From positions 376,774,001-376,838,000 of the forward strand of contig OZ024742.1 in NCBI GenBank assembly GCA_964016885.1: a stretch of DNA of 64,000 nt, written 5' to 3'. Source of the stretch: Eledone cirrhosa. Its lineage: Eukaryota. The notes under the pieces were generated by a model, which had not been told where the DNA came from, made no database searches, and was given only the letters and a program-made list of their open reading frames with translations. Shown one piece after another: positions 1 to 12,100 of the stretch. The number at the start of each line of letters is the position of its first letter. Position 1 is the first letter of the stretch. The position numbers were made by a program, and so were the translations under genes.

Positions 1-846
1 GGGTGTTCAGAAAGTACAATAACTAGGGTAAGAACGGGATGGAAGAAGTTCAGGGAACTACTGCCACTGCTAGCTGCAAAAGGCTTCTCCCCCAAAATGA
101 AAGGCAGACTGTATGATGCGTGTATCCGAACAGCAATGTTACATGGTAGTGAGATCTGGGTGCTGAAGGTGGAAGACTTATGTAGATTAGAGAGAAACGA
201 AGCCTGCATGCTCCAATGGATGCCTAATAGTAATATACGCGAACGGCAAAGCATAAATAAATTGAGAGAGAGACTGAGCATCAGAGGAATCAAATGCTGT
301 GTGCAGGAGAGGCGGTTGCGCTGGTATGGACATGTGATGTGTATGAAGGATGACAGCTGCATAAAAAGGTGCAAAGCACTAGAAGTTGATGGAAGCCGCG
401 GAGCGGGGAGACCCAAGATGACCTGGGATGAGGTGATAAAGGCCGACTTTACCCAATTACACCTCTCAAAGGCGATGACACACGACCGTGACCTCAGGTG
501 TCACGCAGTAATACAGAGTACCCGACCTCCCATGGGTACAAGCTGAAGCATATAGACAATATTCCGCCACACCCCCCACCCCAAGGTGGCCGTGGAGGTG
601 CCATGGTAAAAAAGCACCCAGCCCACACTGTAAAGTGGACGTGTAGGCGCCACAGAAAAAAAGCACCCAGCACTCACTGTAAATGAGGTTGGTGTTAGGA
701 AGGGCATCCAGCTGTAGAAATCAAGCCAAAATCAGTTCCTGTATGAGCAAGGCATGGTCAGCCGACCAGACACTGCCCACAACAGGACAACCCGTCTAAC
801 CCATGTTAGTGTGGAAGAACGGACGTAAAACGGTGATGATGATGAT
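1..846 (+). mobile_element. RTE-clade LINE 3' end (long-3'UTR family B)
   Basis: ORF 97-546 with KGRLYDAC..AMLHGSE.W and RRLRWYGHV; 3' UTR ending GGACGTAAAACGGT(GAT)n. Confidence 0.9.
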
Positions 847-860
847 ATCTTTTTATTATT

Positions 861-1478
861 CGGTGGATTGGCAGTATTGGTAGAAGGTCGGACGCCATGA
901 TTGGCAGTATTGGTAGAGGGTCGGACGCCATGATTGGCAGTATTGGTAGAGGGTCGGACACCATGATTGGCAGTATTGGTAGAGGGTCGGACACCATGAT
1001 TGGCAGTATCGGTAGAGGGTCGGACACCATGATTGGCAGTATCGGTAGAGTGTCGGACACCATGATTGGCAGTATTGGTAGAGGGTCGGACACCATGATT
1101 GGCAGTATTGGTAGAAGGTCGGACGCCATGATTGGCAGTATTGGTAGAGGGTCGGACACCATGATTGGCAGTATTGGTAGAAGGTCGGACGCCATGATTG
1201 GCAGTATTGGTAGAGGGCCGGACGCCATGATTGTCAGTATTGCTAGAGGGTCAGACGCCATGATTGGCAGTATCGGTAGAGGGTCGGACACCATGATTGG
1301 CAGTATCGGTAGAGGGACAGACGAAATGCTTTGCAGCAAACAGTTATGCCCCTTTATGGTCTGAGTTCAAATCCCGCCAAGGTTAACTTTGCCTTTCATC
1401 CTTACGGGGTCGATAAAATAAAGTACCAGTAATACACTGGGATAATTGCTGGCCTTGTGCCAAAAGTAGAAACAATTC
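861..1478 (+). mobile_element. tRNA-derived SINE, family 1, with tandemly amplified head
   Basis: A-box-like TGGCAGTATCGGTAG, B-box GAGTTCAAATCC, body GTTAACTTTGCCTTTCATCC, end GGCCTTGTGCCAAAAGTAGAAACAATT; same body as 61710-61891. Confidence 0.85.
867..1328 (+). repeat. 33-bp minisatellite, 14 copies (ATTGGCAGTATTGGTAGAGGGTCGGACACCATG)
   Basis: Unit starts at 867, 900 ... 1296; the unit equals the head of SINE family 1. Confidence 0.95.
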
Positions 1479-1788
1479 TATATTTTAAAACTTACATAAA
1501 CATAGACATCATTCCACACAATATGAAGGTCAGCTGAAAGGTTCATAGTCCGACCAAGATACTCTCATGGAATGACCAAATGAAGTTTATTTTTCTACAT
1601 AGCTCCTGGAAAGAAACTATACAGTTATTAATAAGAGTTGAAATTAATGCACGCAAGATTTGACAGCTCTAGCATCACTCCTTCGTTGTCATCCTATGAA
1701 CTTTTCAGCCGACTGTCATACACTATACACTCATCTGCTGTGTTATCAAAAACACAAATGAGACCCAAATTTCTGGTTTATATTTCAG

Positions 1789-1974
1789 CTTTACGAATCT
1801 TTGGCCCAGTTGATTATTGACAATATAACAATAGGAAGATGGCTTCTGAAATTTGACACAACTGTTTCTAGTAATGGTATAGCTTATTGTGATATTATAC
1901 ATTTGAAATGCTACCTTCAGGTGTACAGAGAATCAATTCGATATGGCGACAAATGGCTCCATAGATGGGCTCAC
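1789..1974 (+). CDS. IQCH: IQCH-like gene, internal coding exon A (186 bp, phase 0/0)
   Basis: tttcAG acceptor and GTGAGT donor. Translates LYESLAQLIIDNITIGRWLLKFDTTVSSNGIAYCDIIHLKCYLQVYRESIRYGDKWLHRWAH, matching the IQCH segment as recalled (LSQLI...RWLFK...NGTAFCDI..LKCY..V.KES.RYG..W..KWA). Confidence 0.88.
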
Positions 1975-2169
1975 GTGAGTTGCATCCTGTAAATTATTTT
2001 CACATTGGTTTTATTCTGACGTTTCTAAGTTTCAACATTAGAATGAAATTAGAATTTGATTTTTTGCTCTCAGATAGAGGATTACAATAACCCAGAAACA
2101 TGTTGGCTGTTCTTCGATGCTGTTGTTGAATGAACGGATGAAGTTAGTCATCAAAAACAAAACATAGCG

Positions 2170-2375
2170 TAATGAGGCTGTTTGCTTGCAAACGAATTGC
2201 AGTATAGAAATATAGCCCTTTACATTCTGAGTTTAAATCCCACTGAGATTAACTTTGCCTTTCATCCTTATGAGGGTTGATAAAATAAATTACCAGAAAG
2301 TACTGGGGTTGATTTAATTGACTTTCACCTCCTTCATATTGCTGGCCTTGTGCCTAAATCAGAAACAATCATTAT
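2170..2375 (+). mobile_element. SINE family 1, diverged copy
   Basis: CTGAGTTTAAATCC...TTAACTTTGCCTTTCATCC...GCTGGCCTTGTGCCTAAATCAGAAACAAT. Confidence 0.8.
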
Positions 2376-2384
2376 TAACCATCT

Positions 2385-4055
2385 TGCTAACAACAATCCT
2401 GAGCATCTTTTTGAAATCTATGTCTAACACACGTGGACATGCTTACAAAGTGAGAAAACAGCACAGCTCCCAAGACTTTCAGAAATATTTTTTCACACCC
2501 AGAGTTGCTGAAGCATGGAACAAACTACCTGCATCAGTTGTTAGCTGTCGAGACACTGCATCCTTTAAAACCTCCATGGAACAAACTACCTGCATCAGTT
2601 GTTAGCTGTCAAGACACTGCATCCTTTAAAACCTCCATGGAACAAACTACCTGCATCAGTTATTAGCTGTTGGGACACTGCATCCTTTAAAACCTCCATG
2701 GAACAAACTACCTGCATCAGTTGTCAGCTGTCAAGACACTGCATCCTTTAAAACCTCCATGGAACAAATTACCTGCATCAGTTGTTAGCTGTCAAGACAC
2801 TGCATCCTTTAAAACCTCCATGGAACAAACTACCTGCATCAGTTGTTAGCTGTTGGGACACTGCATCCTTTAAAACCTTCATGGAACAAACTACCTGCAT
2901 CAGTTGTTAGCTGTCAAGACACTGCATCCTTTAAAACCTCCATGGAACAAACTACCTGCATCAGTTGTTAGCTGTCAAGACACTGCATCCTTTAAAACCT
3001 CCATGGAACAAACTACCTGCATCAGTTATTAGCTGTCGGGACACTGGATCCTTTAAAACTTCCATGGAACAAACTACCTGCATCAGTTGTTAGCTGTCAA
3101 GACACTGCATCCTTTAAAACTTCCATGGAACAAACTACCTGCATCAGTTGTTAGCTGTCAAGACACTGCATCCTTTAAAACCTACATGGAACAAACTACC
3201 TGCATCAATTGTTAGCTGTCAAGACACTGCATCCTTTAAAACCTCCATGGAACAAACTACCTGCATCAGTTGTTAGCTGTCAAGACACTGCATCCTTTAA
3301 AACCTACATGGAACAAACTACCTGCATCAGTTATTAGCTGTTGGGACACTGCATCCTTTAAAACCTCCATGGAACAAACTACCTGCATCAGTTGTCAGCT
3401 GTTAAGACACTGCATCCTTTAAAACCTCCATGGAACAAACTACCTGCATCAATTGTTAGCTGTCAAGACACTGCATCCTTTAAAACCTCCATGGAACAAA
3501 CTACCTGCATCAGTTGTTAGCTGTCAAGACACTGCATCCTTTAAAACCTCCATGGAACAAACTACCTGCATCAGTTATTAGCTGTCGGGACACTGGATCC
3601 TTTAAAACTTCCATGGAACAAACTACCTGCATCAGTTGTTAGCTGTTGAGACACTGCATCCTTTAAAACCTCCATGGAACAAACTACCTGCATCAGTTGT
3701 TAGCTGTCAAGACACTGCATCCTTTAAAACCTCCATGGAACAAACTACCTGCATCAGTTGTTAGCTGTCAACACACTGCATCCTTTAAAACCTCCATGGA
3801 ACAAACTACCTGCATCAGTTGTTAGCTGTCGAGACACTGCATCCTTTAAAACTTCCATGCTTCCTGAAATTCGCCAACACTACACCCAATATTCCCCCTC
3901 CATACACACACATGCATGTGTGAGTGTGTCTGTGTATATCATGACTCATGCACTGTTCACTTTCCTGACATTTGTACATTATTCTATGTACTATACATAC
4001 ACCTTTGATGAATTGTAGTGCAACTGAGCACTGTACACAATCATTTTCATTATTA
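2385..4055 (+). mobile_element. CR1-like LINE 3' end with internal tandem expansion
   Basis: TRGHAYKVRK...FFTPRVAEAWNKLPASVV...SFK is the CR1-type ORF2 C-terminal motif. The 3' UTR matches the unexpanded copy at 63049-63325 (-). Confidence 0.85.
2514..3859 (+). repeat. 61-bp minisatellite, 22 copies
   Basis: Unit CATGGAACAAACTACCTGCATCAGTTGTTAGCTGTCAAGACACTGCATCCTTTAAAACCTC; CATG at 2514 to CATG at 3856 = 1342 = 22 x 61. Confidence 0.97.
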
Positions 4056-4059
4056 TTTT

Positions 4060-4195
4060 ACGTCCCTTTACGATCTGAGTTCAAATCCTGCCGAGGTTGA
4101 CTTTGCCTTTCATTCTTACGGGGTCGATAAAATAAAGTACCAGTAATGCACTGGTTAATTGCTGGCCTTGTGCCTAAAGTAGAAACAATTATTTT
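4060..4195 (+). mobile_element. SINE family 1, 5'-truncated
   Basis: B-box GAGTTCAAATCC plus family body and tail. Confidence 0.8.
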
Positions 4196-4297
4196 ATTAT
4201 TCGATAAATACATCAACATTAGAATGGAATTGTATGTATTATAAAAGTTTCTTGTTTTTTTACCTTATTTTCTTTTTTGTTTATTTCCTTTTAAAAG

Positions 4298-4418
4298 GAT
4301 ACTTCTTTCAACCTCCTCATCCGTGAAATTCCCATGTATCTAAAGAATTATGCAACTCCAGTAAATAAGTCCAGATATTACTGTTGGGAACTATATAAGA
4401 AAGCCTTCCTTTTAAGAG
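4298..4418 (+). CDS. IQCH: IQCH-like exon B (121 bp, phase 0/1)
   Basis: Polypyrimidine tract plus AAAAG acceptor, GTAAGT donor. DTSFNLLIREIPMYLKNYATPVNKSRYYCWELYKKAFLLR(G); joins exons A and C in frame. Confidence 0.85.
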
Positions 4419-4620
4419 GTAAGTTATATAATATAGGGTGCTACATATAAGAACGCGTTATTTTTAAGAAGTAAGTTATATAATATAGGGTGGCACATAT
4501 AAGAAAGTCTTTCTTTTAAGATGTATAGTTTAAGTTATATAATATAGGGTGCCACATATAAGAAAGTTTTCTTTTTAAGAGGTAATGTTTCAGTATCACT
4601 TGTATAGTTTAAGTTATACA
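4394..4620 (+). repeat. ~52-bp tandem repeat (4 copies) spanning the exon B donor site
   Basis: TATAAGAA...TTTTAAGA.GTAAGTTATATAATATAGGGTG.CACA units start at 4394, 4446, 4498, 4557. Confidence 0.85.
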
Positions 4621-4791
4621 ATTTATACAAGAGAAAGTCTCCTCACACATATCTTCCAACTCCTGAGTCAGGGTAAGCTGATTATTTCAAGAAAGGGCCC
4701 CACAGCTGAATGGAGTAAAATTGTTAAATATTGGGAATTATCAGCTAAATATATTTTTTTTCAGCCTGTAACATTTAAGACCTCATTATAG

Positions 4792-4823
<32 letters not shown>

Positions 4824-4896
4824 CAGAACACACCTATGCAGGTTTAGCTGGCCTCCTCCAAGGTATATCTCATTTGAGGTGTCTTTGGTAATTTAA

Positions 4897-5053
4897 TGAT
4901 AGGGTCTCCAGTCCTATCATCTCATTTCTGCAGCTGAGTAAACTGGCTCAACGTGAAATAAAGTGTCTTGCTCAAGGAAACAACACATCACCCGGTCTGA
5001 GAATTGAACTCACAGCCTTTCGATTGCAAGCCCAATGCTCTAACCACTAAGCT
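4897..5053 (-). mobile_element. tRNA-derived SINE family 2 (head and body)
   Basis: Minus strand GCTTAGTGGTTAGAGCATTGGGCTTGCAATCGAAAGGCTGTGAGTTCAATTC followed by CCTTGAGCAAGACACTT (CORE-like body). Confidence 0.8.
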
Positions 5054-5415
5054 ATATCACTGTGTTGTGAGAGTTTTCTTGGGAGCTACAGGTGTCACCC
5101 ATTGCTCCATCTCTCCTAGTAGTTTACCGCTGTTGGTCCGGGGTTGCTTATTTGTCCTGCAGGAGCCTGCTTATATTGCAACTAACCATCACTTCTGGTG
5201 GCCATATCACTATCTGCCATCTGCAGAACAGCTCTGCCAAGATGTTTGGGGGAACTGGCCCTTAGCGATGTATCCTGTGATGTCCAGAGTTTTAGCCTGT
5301 CTATCATCTGCAAAATTATTGGAAGGACACTCCAGCATTCTTTGTTGTGGCATGTTTATTATACATTAAGGATAAAGGGTAAATAAAAACCTCCTTTTGT
5401 CACAAATGACCATGG

Positions 5416-5715
5416 GTTTTACACCTAGAAAGATCCCCTTTGAGGTACATGCCCAGGCAAGGTGTTTTTGTGGAAGACCAGCAGTCATCCATGCATACCA
5501 GTCTCTCTTTTTCCAACTTTTCATGCTACCAATATTAACCAAGAGAAAGGCAATGGCTGATACAGCTTGGCACCAGTGACATCACAACTCATTTCTACAG
5601 CTGTGTGAACTGGAGCAATGTGAAATAAAATATCTCGCTCAAGAACACAGTACATAGTCTGGTCTTGGAATTGATCTGATAACCTCATGATTGAACCCAA
5701 CGTTCTAACCACTAA
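5416..5715 (-). mobile_element. SINE family 2 relative with a different tail
   Basis: Reverse complement of the 44010-44310 type (GTCACTGGTGCCAAGCTGTATC...ACCTTGCC). Confidence 0.7.
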
Positions 5716-5809
5716 TAAACGTATTGTATGTGTTCACATACACCTGTAAACTATGTTGTGTTACTGCTATTGTTATTAAATGCATCTTTCAATATTTTTA
5801 ACCTTTCCA

Positions 5810-6010
5810 AGGTGGTAGAGTGTTGGACAACATGCTTTATGGCATACAGTTACACCCCTTTATGATCTGAGTTCAAATCACGTTGAGGTTAGCTTTGCCT
5901 TTCATCCTTATGGAGTTGATAAAATAAAGTACCAGTAACAAACTAGGGATGATTTCATCGACTTTTCTCTCTCCTAAAATTGTTGGTCTTGTGCCTAAAT
6001 CAGAAACCAA
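5810..6010 (+). mobile_element. SINE family 1, diverged copy
   Basis: GAGTTCAAATC, GCTTTGCCTTTCATCC, GGTCTTGTGCCTAAATCAGAAAC. Confidence 0.8.
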
Positions 6011-6075
6011 TATTCCTAGTCTTTTCAACTGTAACTGTCCATCTTGTATATTTCTGAGCTTTTTCACCTTTTCAG

Positions 6076-6350
6076 GAGGAATTATAGAAGCATATCCGCC
6101 CACAAATTTTGTCACAGCAGTGCATGTTGATATTCTAATTACACCAACTGATGAAACACAAATACTATGTACTGGAGATCAAATTATATCTGAAAATCGA
6201 TTTGACCCTTGGGGTTTATCTGTTCCACAGTGTTCAGTGGATCCACCAAAAATCAATAGTGCCTGTTTTAGAATTGGTAAATCATGTAAATCACAAGGAA
6301 TCATGGGATACGTTTCAATAGTTTTTGTTACGTTTCTCAGTGAACAAACG
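6076..6350 (+). CDS. IQCH: IQCH-like exon C (275 bp, phase 1/0)
   Basis: ttttcAG / GTAAGA. GGIIEAYPPTNFVTAVHVDILITPTDETQILCTGDQIISENRFDPWGLSVPQCSVDPPKINSACFRIGKSCKSQGIMGYVSIVFVTF matches the recalled IQCH motifs GGVIEAFPP, STGDQ, VPQTSVDP, IGKAC, GYFSIDLVTF. Confidence 0.92.
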
Positions 6351-6360
6351 GTAAGATATA

Positions 6361-6760
6361 TTCTTCTTCTTCTTCTTCTTCTTCTTCTTCTTCTTCTTCT
6401 TCTTCTCCTCCTCCTCCTCCTCCTCCTCCTCCTCCTTCTTCTTCTTCCTGAAAGGGTCATGAGGACAGAGTCCCCAAACACTCCTTCCAGCAGGTCCTGT
6501 CAGAAGCAACTGTCACTAACTGATCCAGCTGGATCCCCAAACGAGACCTACCAAGCTCATGGATGTTATCCAACCATCTTGCTCAGGGTCTACCCCCGGG
6601 TCTCCTGCTGTTTGTTTTTGCCCATAAAATTTGTCCAGCGATTCTTTCTTGAGATGTTCTAGCCACATGCCCAAAGTATCGGAGCTGTGATCTCTCAGAG
6701 AAGTAGCAGCTCTACCTGGAGTGACTCCCTCATCTCTGAGCTATGTACTCTATCGAGGAG
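6361..6760 (-). mobile_element. RTE (Expander/Rex3-like) 3' fragment with (GAA/GGA)n tail
   Basis: Minus strand reads RSQLRYFGHVAR...RRPGGRP*ARWLDNI...DRTCW; (TTC)n(TCC)n tract at 6361-6447 starts 10 bp after the exon C donor. Confidence 0.75.
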
Positions 6761-7284
6761 GTATAATCTTTTACTGAAAATATAAGAAATAATGGTGAAG
6801 ATAAATTAGATTTAAATATAAATTCAAAACAAAGAAATGGAAAATTTGAAGTGTGTGCATTCCAATGCAAATAACCATAATAATAGTTGACGTCTGTAAA
6901 TGATAGTTGTTGGGAAACAGTAAGGTATATTATTTTACTGAAATAAAAAAAATATTCGTGAAGTTAAATTGAAAACAAAGTGATTGACTTTAGAAGTGTT
7001 AAGAAAATTTGAAATTTGAAATTTGAAATGTGTGCACCCCAATAGAAATAACCATAATAATAGTTGATCACTATAAATTAGAAGTGAGAAAATAGAGTAA
7101 AGAACCTATCCACTGTTTTCTGTTGCCAGGGCTTCTTTACTTGATTTTCTCTTGTATATACAGATTTGAAATTTAATTTGAGGATTACTCTAGAGTTCGA
7201 CAGCCATCTTGAAATAATTAGTATTCCCTATATTATTTCTGAATGAAATGATAGAGTGACAGACTAAATATTTTATAGCATCAA

Positions 7285-7500
7285 TATCACCATCATCATC
7301 ATCATTTAAAGTCCATTTTTTTCCAAGCTAGCATGAGTTAGACAAGCCAGATCAGATGGCTGTGTCTTGTTCAAACGGAACTGTTTATGGCTTGGTTTCT
7401 ATAGCTGGATGCCCTTCCTAATGCCAACCACTTTAGAGTATGTACTGGGTACTTTTTGTCTTGGTACTAAAATGACAGCTTTGTAGTGTAGACTGGGGGA
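7285..7500 (-). mobile_element. RTE family B 3' UTR/tail remnant
   Basis: (CAT)n...GTCCATTTT...GCTAGCATG...GCTGGATGCCCTTCCTAATGCCAACC. Confidence 0.7.
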
Positions 7501-7649
7501 TGGGGTGGGAGAGTATGTGGGTATTTGTGAGGTAGATCTAGGGTGGGTATTTATCTGGAGAAAGGTGGGGTGTTATGACATGGGAGGTGCATGGAAGGAA
7601 GGAGGGACATGGATGAAGGGTGGGGTGCCATTTATCCCTTCAAAGGTGC

Positions 7650-8760
7650 TGTACCTGTACTAATACTAACATTTACACTAATTCAGTGGATGCTAGATGA
7701 GATCTGGGCCAATAATGTTAAAACAAAAAAGAATTGTTAGTGGCACTGAATATTTCCACATCAACAGTGTCAGGCCAACTCTGCCTATAACATAAATCTA
7801 AATAGCTTGTCAATGTTGCATCATATCCCTTCAATAACATCTAATAATCACCAAGCATAGAAGTCCATCCATAGAACAAGTCTGTCTCCATCAGGCAGGT
7901 AACATAATAAGAGTTGGGAAGGACTGTTTTGAGAGATACTCTCTGAATGATGACCAAAATCTCACACTCAGGGAAATTGCACAGCATTACCACAACAAAA
8001 CAGTAGTTGAAAAGCTTTATGTTTATGAGTAGTTAGTTATGTCTGATTGTTAGAGATGTTCAAAGTGAGTGTAATATAAATAACTGAAGCAGTCTTGGAC
8101 CAACAACCGATATATTGGCCCTCACTTTCAATGATATGCTTTTGTAATCCAACAACAGGAAATAACAACAAATAGGTAAAGATGCTGGCAAAACACCTAA
8201 ATATGACACCAGATGCATACTCTGTGGAAGAAACATTGATGGGGTACCCATGTCATCACGGTACTATCTACCTATGTGGCATGATGTAGTGACCAAAACA
8301 CTGTACAATGCAATCTGTAGAGAGGATAGTCCTGAGAATAAAAATATAAAAAGTTTCAGCAATGTAGTGGGACACACATATATATATGAGTACTGGTGGA
8401 ATTTTCCCAATAAAATATAGACATAGTAGAACAGATATAGTGATACAGGATAGAGGACAGAAAACATACACTATAGTGTAAATCAGCTGCCATTCACATG
8501 CTAATATAATTTTAAAGATTAGCAAAAAGGAGAGCATTTATGCTGAACTAATGAGGAATGTGCAGATACTCCACCATGACTATACCTTTAGATTTCTACC
8601 TGTGATAATTGGGGCTCTGGGATATGTTACTAACTGCCTCAGTACAGATATTGAGAAGTTAGACTTCACAGAACAATAAAGAGTGCAGCAAATTAGAAAA
8701 TTGCAGCTGGAATCCATTAATGGAACTGTCAAAACATTCCAGAAGATTAGTTTGTAGTAA
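7650..8760 (+). mobile_element. Decayed restriction-like-endonuclease non-LTR retrotransposon (R4/Dong-like) C-terminal region
   Basis: Broken frames read QQQEIT, TRCILCG, HVI, HDVVTKTLYNAI, EYWWNF, DIVIQDR, KESIYAEL, PVIIGALGYV, i.e. a CCHC knuckle plus a PD-(D/E)xK endonuclease. Confidence 0.7.
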
Positions 8761-8977
8761 CGGCATGTATACATGTAGATATATATAAACATATATACAT
8801 ATATATATATATGTATAGATACAAAACATATGCAGATGAAGAGTTATAGAAACATGTATATATGTTTGTATATACAAATGTATAGATATAGAAACATATA
8901 GAGACATAGAAACATGTATATATGTGTGCATATATATCAAAACATACAGATACTCATATGCAATGATATCCATAACT

Positions 8978-8979
<2 letters not shown>

Positions 8980-9066
<87 letters not shown>
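8980..9066. repeat. (CA)n microsatellite
   Basis: Pure CA run. Confidence 0.95.
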
Positions 9067-9068
<2 letters not shown>

Positions 9069-9179
9069 ATTACCCTGTTGATAATGTCTAAATTCCAATG
9101 ACAGAGTCTTGTGTCTTTCATAGTAGCCGGATCTCTCTCTCTCTTGCTGAACATTTATAAAACAATAAAACCAGAAGAA

Positions 9180-12100
9180 CATACATACTACATACATATT
9201 ACATACATATATACACACATATACATACCCACATACATATTACATATTACATACATATTACATACATATATATACACACACATACATACACACATACATA
9301 TTACATATTACATATATAGATACATATTACATATTACATACATACATATTACATACATATTACATATTACATATTACATATTACATATTACATACATATT
9401 ACATATTACATACATATTACATATTACATACATATTACATATTACATACATATTACATATTACATACATATTACATATTACATACATATTACATATTACA
9501 TATTACATATTACATACATATTACATATTACATACATATTACATATTACATACATATTACATATTACATACATATTACATACATATTACATATTACATAC
9601 ATATTACATATTACATACATATTACATACATATTACATATTACATACATATTACATATTACATATTACATACATATTACATACATATTACATATTACATA
9701 TTACATACATATTACATACATATTACATATTACATACATATTACATATTACATATTACATACATATTACATATTACATATTACATAGAACATACATATTA
9801 CATATTACATACATATTACATATTACATATTACATATTACATACATATTACATACATATTACATATTACATATTACATACATATTACATACATATTACAT
9901 ATATATTACATATTACATACATATTACATACATATATATAACATACATACATATTACATATTACATATATACATATATACATACATATTACATACATATT
10001 ACATACATATATATTACATACATATTACATACATATTACATACATATATATTACATACATATTACATACATATTACATACATACATACATACAAATTACA
10101 TACACACATACATATTGCATATTACATACATATTACATACATACATATTACATATTACATACATATTGCATATTACATACATATTACATACATACATATT
10201 ACATATTACATACATACATATTACATACATACATATTACATATTACATACATACATATTACATACATACATATTACATATTACATACATACATATTACAT
10301 ACATACATATTACATATTACATACGTATTACATATTACATACATACATATTACATATTACATACGTATTACATATTACATACGTATTACATATTACATAT
10401 TACATACATATTACATATTGCATATTACATACATATTACATATTACATACATATTACATATTACATATTACATACATATTACATATTACATACATACATA
10501 CATATTACATATTACATACATACATATTACATATTACATACGTACATATTACATATTTCATATATGGTGGCTGCCAACTCGTTTTTGAGTACGGCCACTA
10601 CTTTATATCCATGTAGGAGAACCCCTACCGATGCGCTGAACGAGTGTGACTTTTTAGTCCAGCCAGCCACCTGAAAACTCTGGTACAAACACTACACTTG
10701 TGACAATTATTGACACATAGTGCTGGGCCCATGGTACCATGTGACGACAAGTACAGAGAGATCTCCAGATATAAAGCAATGCCTGTGCCGTGAAGCTTTT
10801 ATAGTGAGCAAAGGCACTGCACAAAGCCAGTCCCACTCTCTTAACCAAGATGATATTTACCAAGAAAAAGAACAAGTCAACATCATTGGATACCATCAGG
10901 GTTGCAGGTGTTATATCAGAGTTTTCCTTCTCCTAGAATTCTGCCTTGACAAAGGCTAAGGGGTCATCTCTCTGGGATTACATACATACATACATACATA
11001 TTACATACATACATATTACATATTACATATTATATTCATACATATTACATACATACATATTACATATTATATTCATACATATTACATACATACATATTAC
11101 ATATTATATTCATACATATTACATACATACATATTACATATTACATATTACATACATATTACATATTACATATTACATCCATATTACATATTACATCCAT
11201 ATTACATATTACATCCATATTACATATTACATACATATTACATACATATATATAACATACATACATATTACATATTACATACATATTGCATATTACATAC
11301 ATATTACATATTACATACATATTACATATTACATACATATTACATATTACATACATATTACATACATATATATAACATACATACATATTACATATTACAT
11401 ACATACATATTACATATTACATACATATTACATATTACATATTAGATACATATTACATATTACATAAATACATATTACATATTACATCCATATTACATAT
11501 TACATACATACATATTACATACATACATATTACATATTACATACATATTGCATATTACATACATATTACATATTACATACATACATATTACATATTACAT
11601 AAATATTACATATTACATAAATACATATTACATATTACATACATATTACATATTACATACATACATATTACATATTACATACATACATACATATTACATA
11701 TTACATATTACATACATACATATTACATATTACACACATACATATTACATATTACACACATACATATTACATACATACATATTACATATTACATACATAT
11801 TACATATTACATATTACATATTACATATTACATACATATTACATATTACATAAATACATATTACATATTACATCCATATTACATACATACATACATATTA
11901 CATATTACATACATATTACATACATACATATTACATATTACATACATATTACATATTACATAAATACATATTACATACATATTACATACATATTACATAT
12001 TACATACGTATTACATACATATTACATACATATTACATATTACATATTACATATATATTACATATTACATACATACATATTACATACATATTACATATTA

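Noticed and set aside
806-1364. ORFs with 11-aa repeats on both strands
   Set aside because: Product of the 33-bp SINE-head minisatellite.
6148-6165. CTGATGAAAC as a hammerhead core
   Set aside because: No helix II or I; it is coding sequence (TDET) in exon C.
5949-6662. 237-aa ORF with poly-Leu as a single-exon membrane protein
   Set aside because: Only 6076-6350 is exon; the poly-Leu is the (TTC)n tail of an antisense RTE after the donor.
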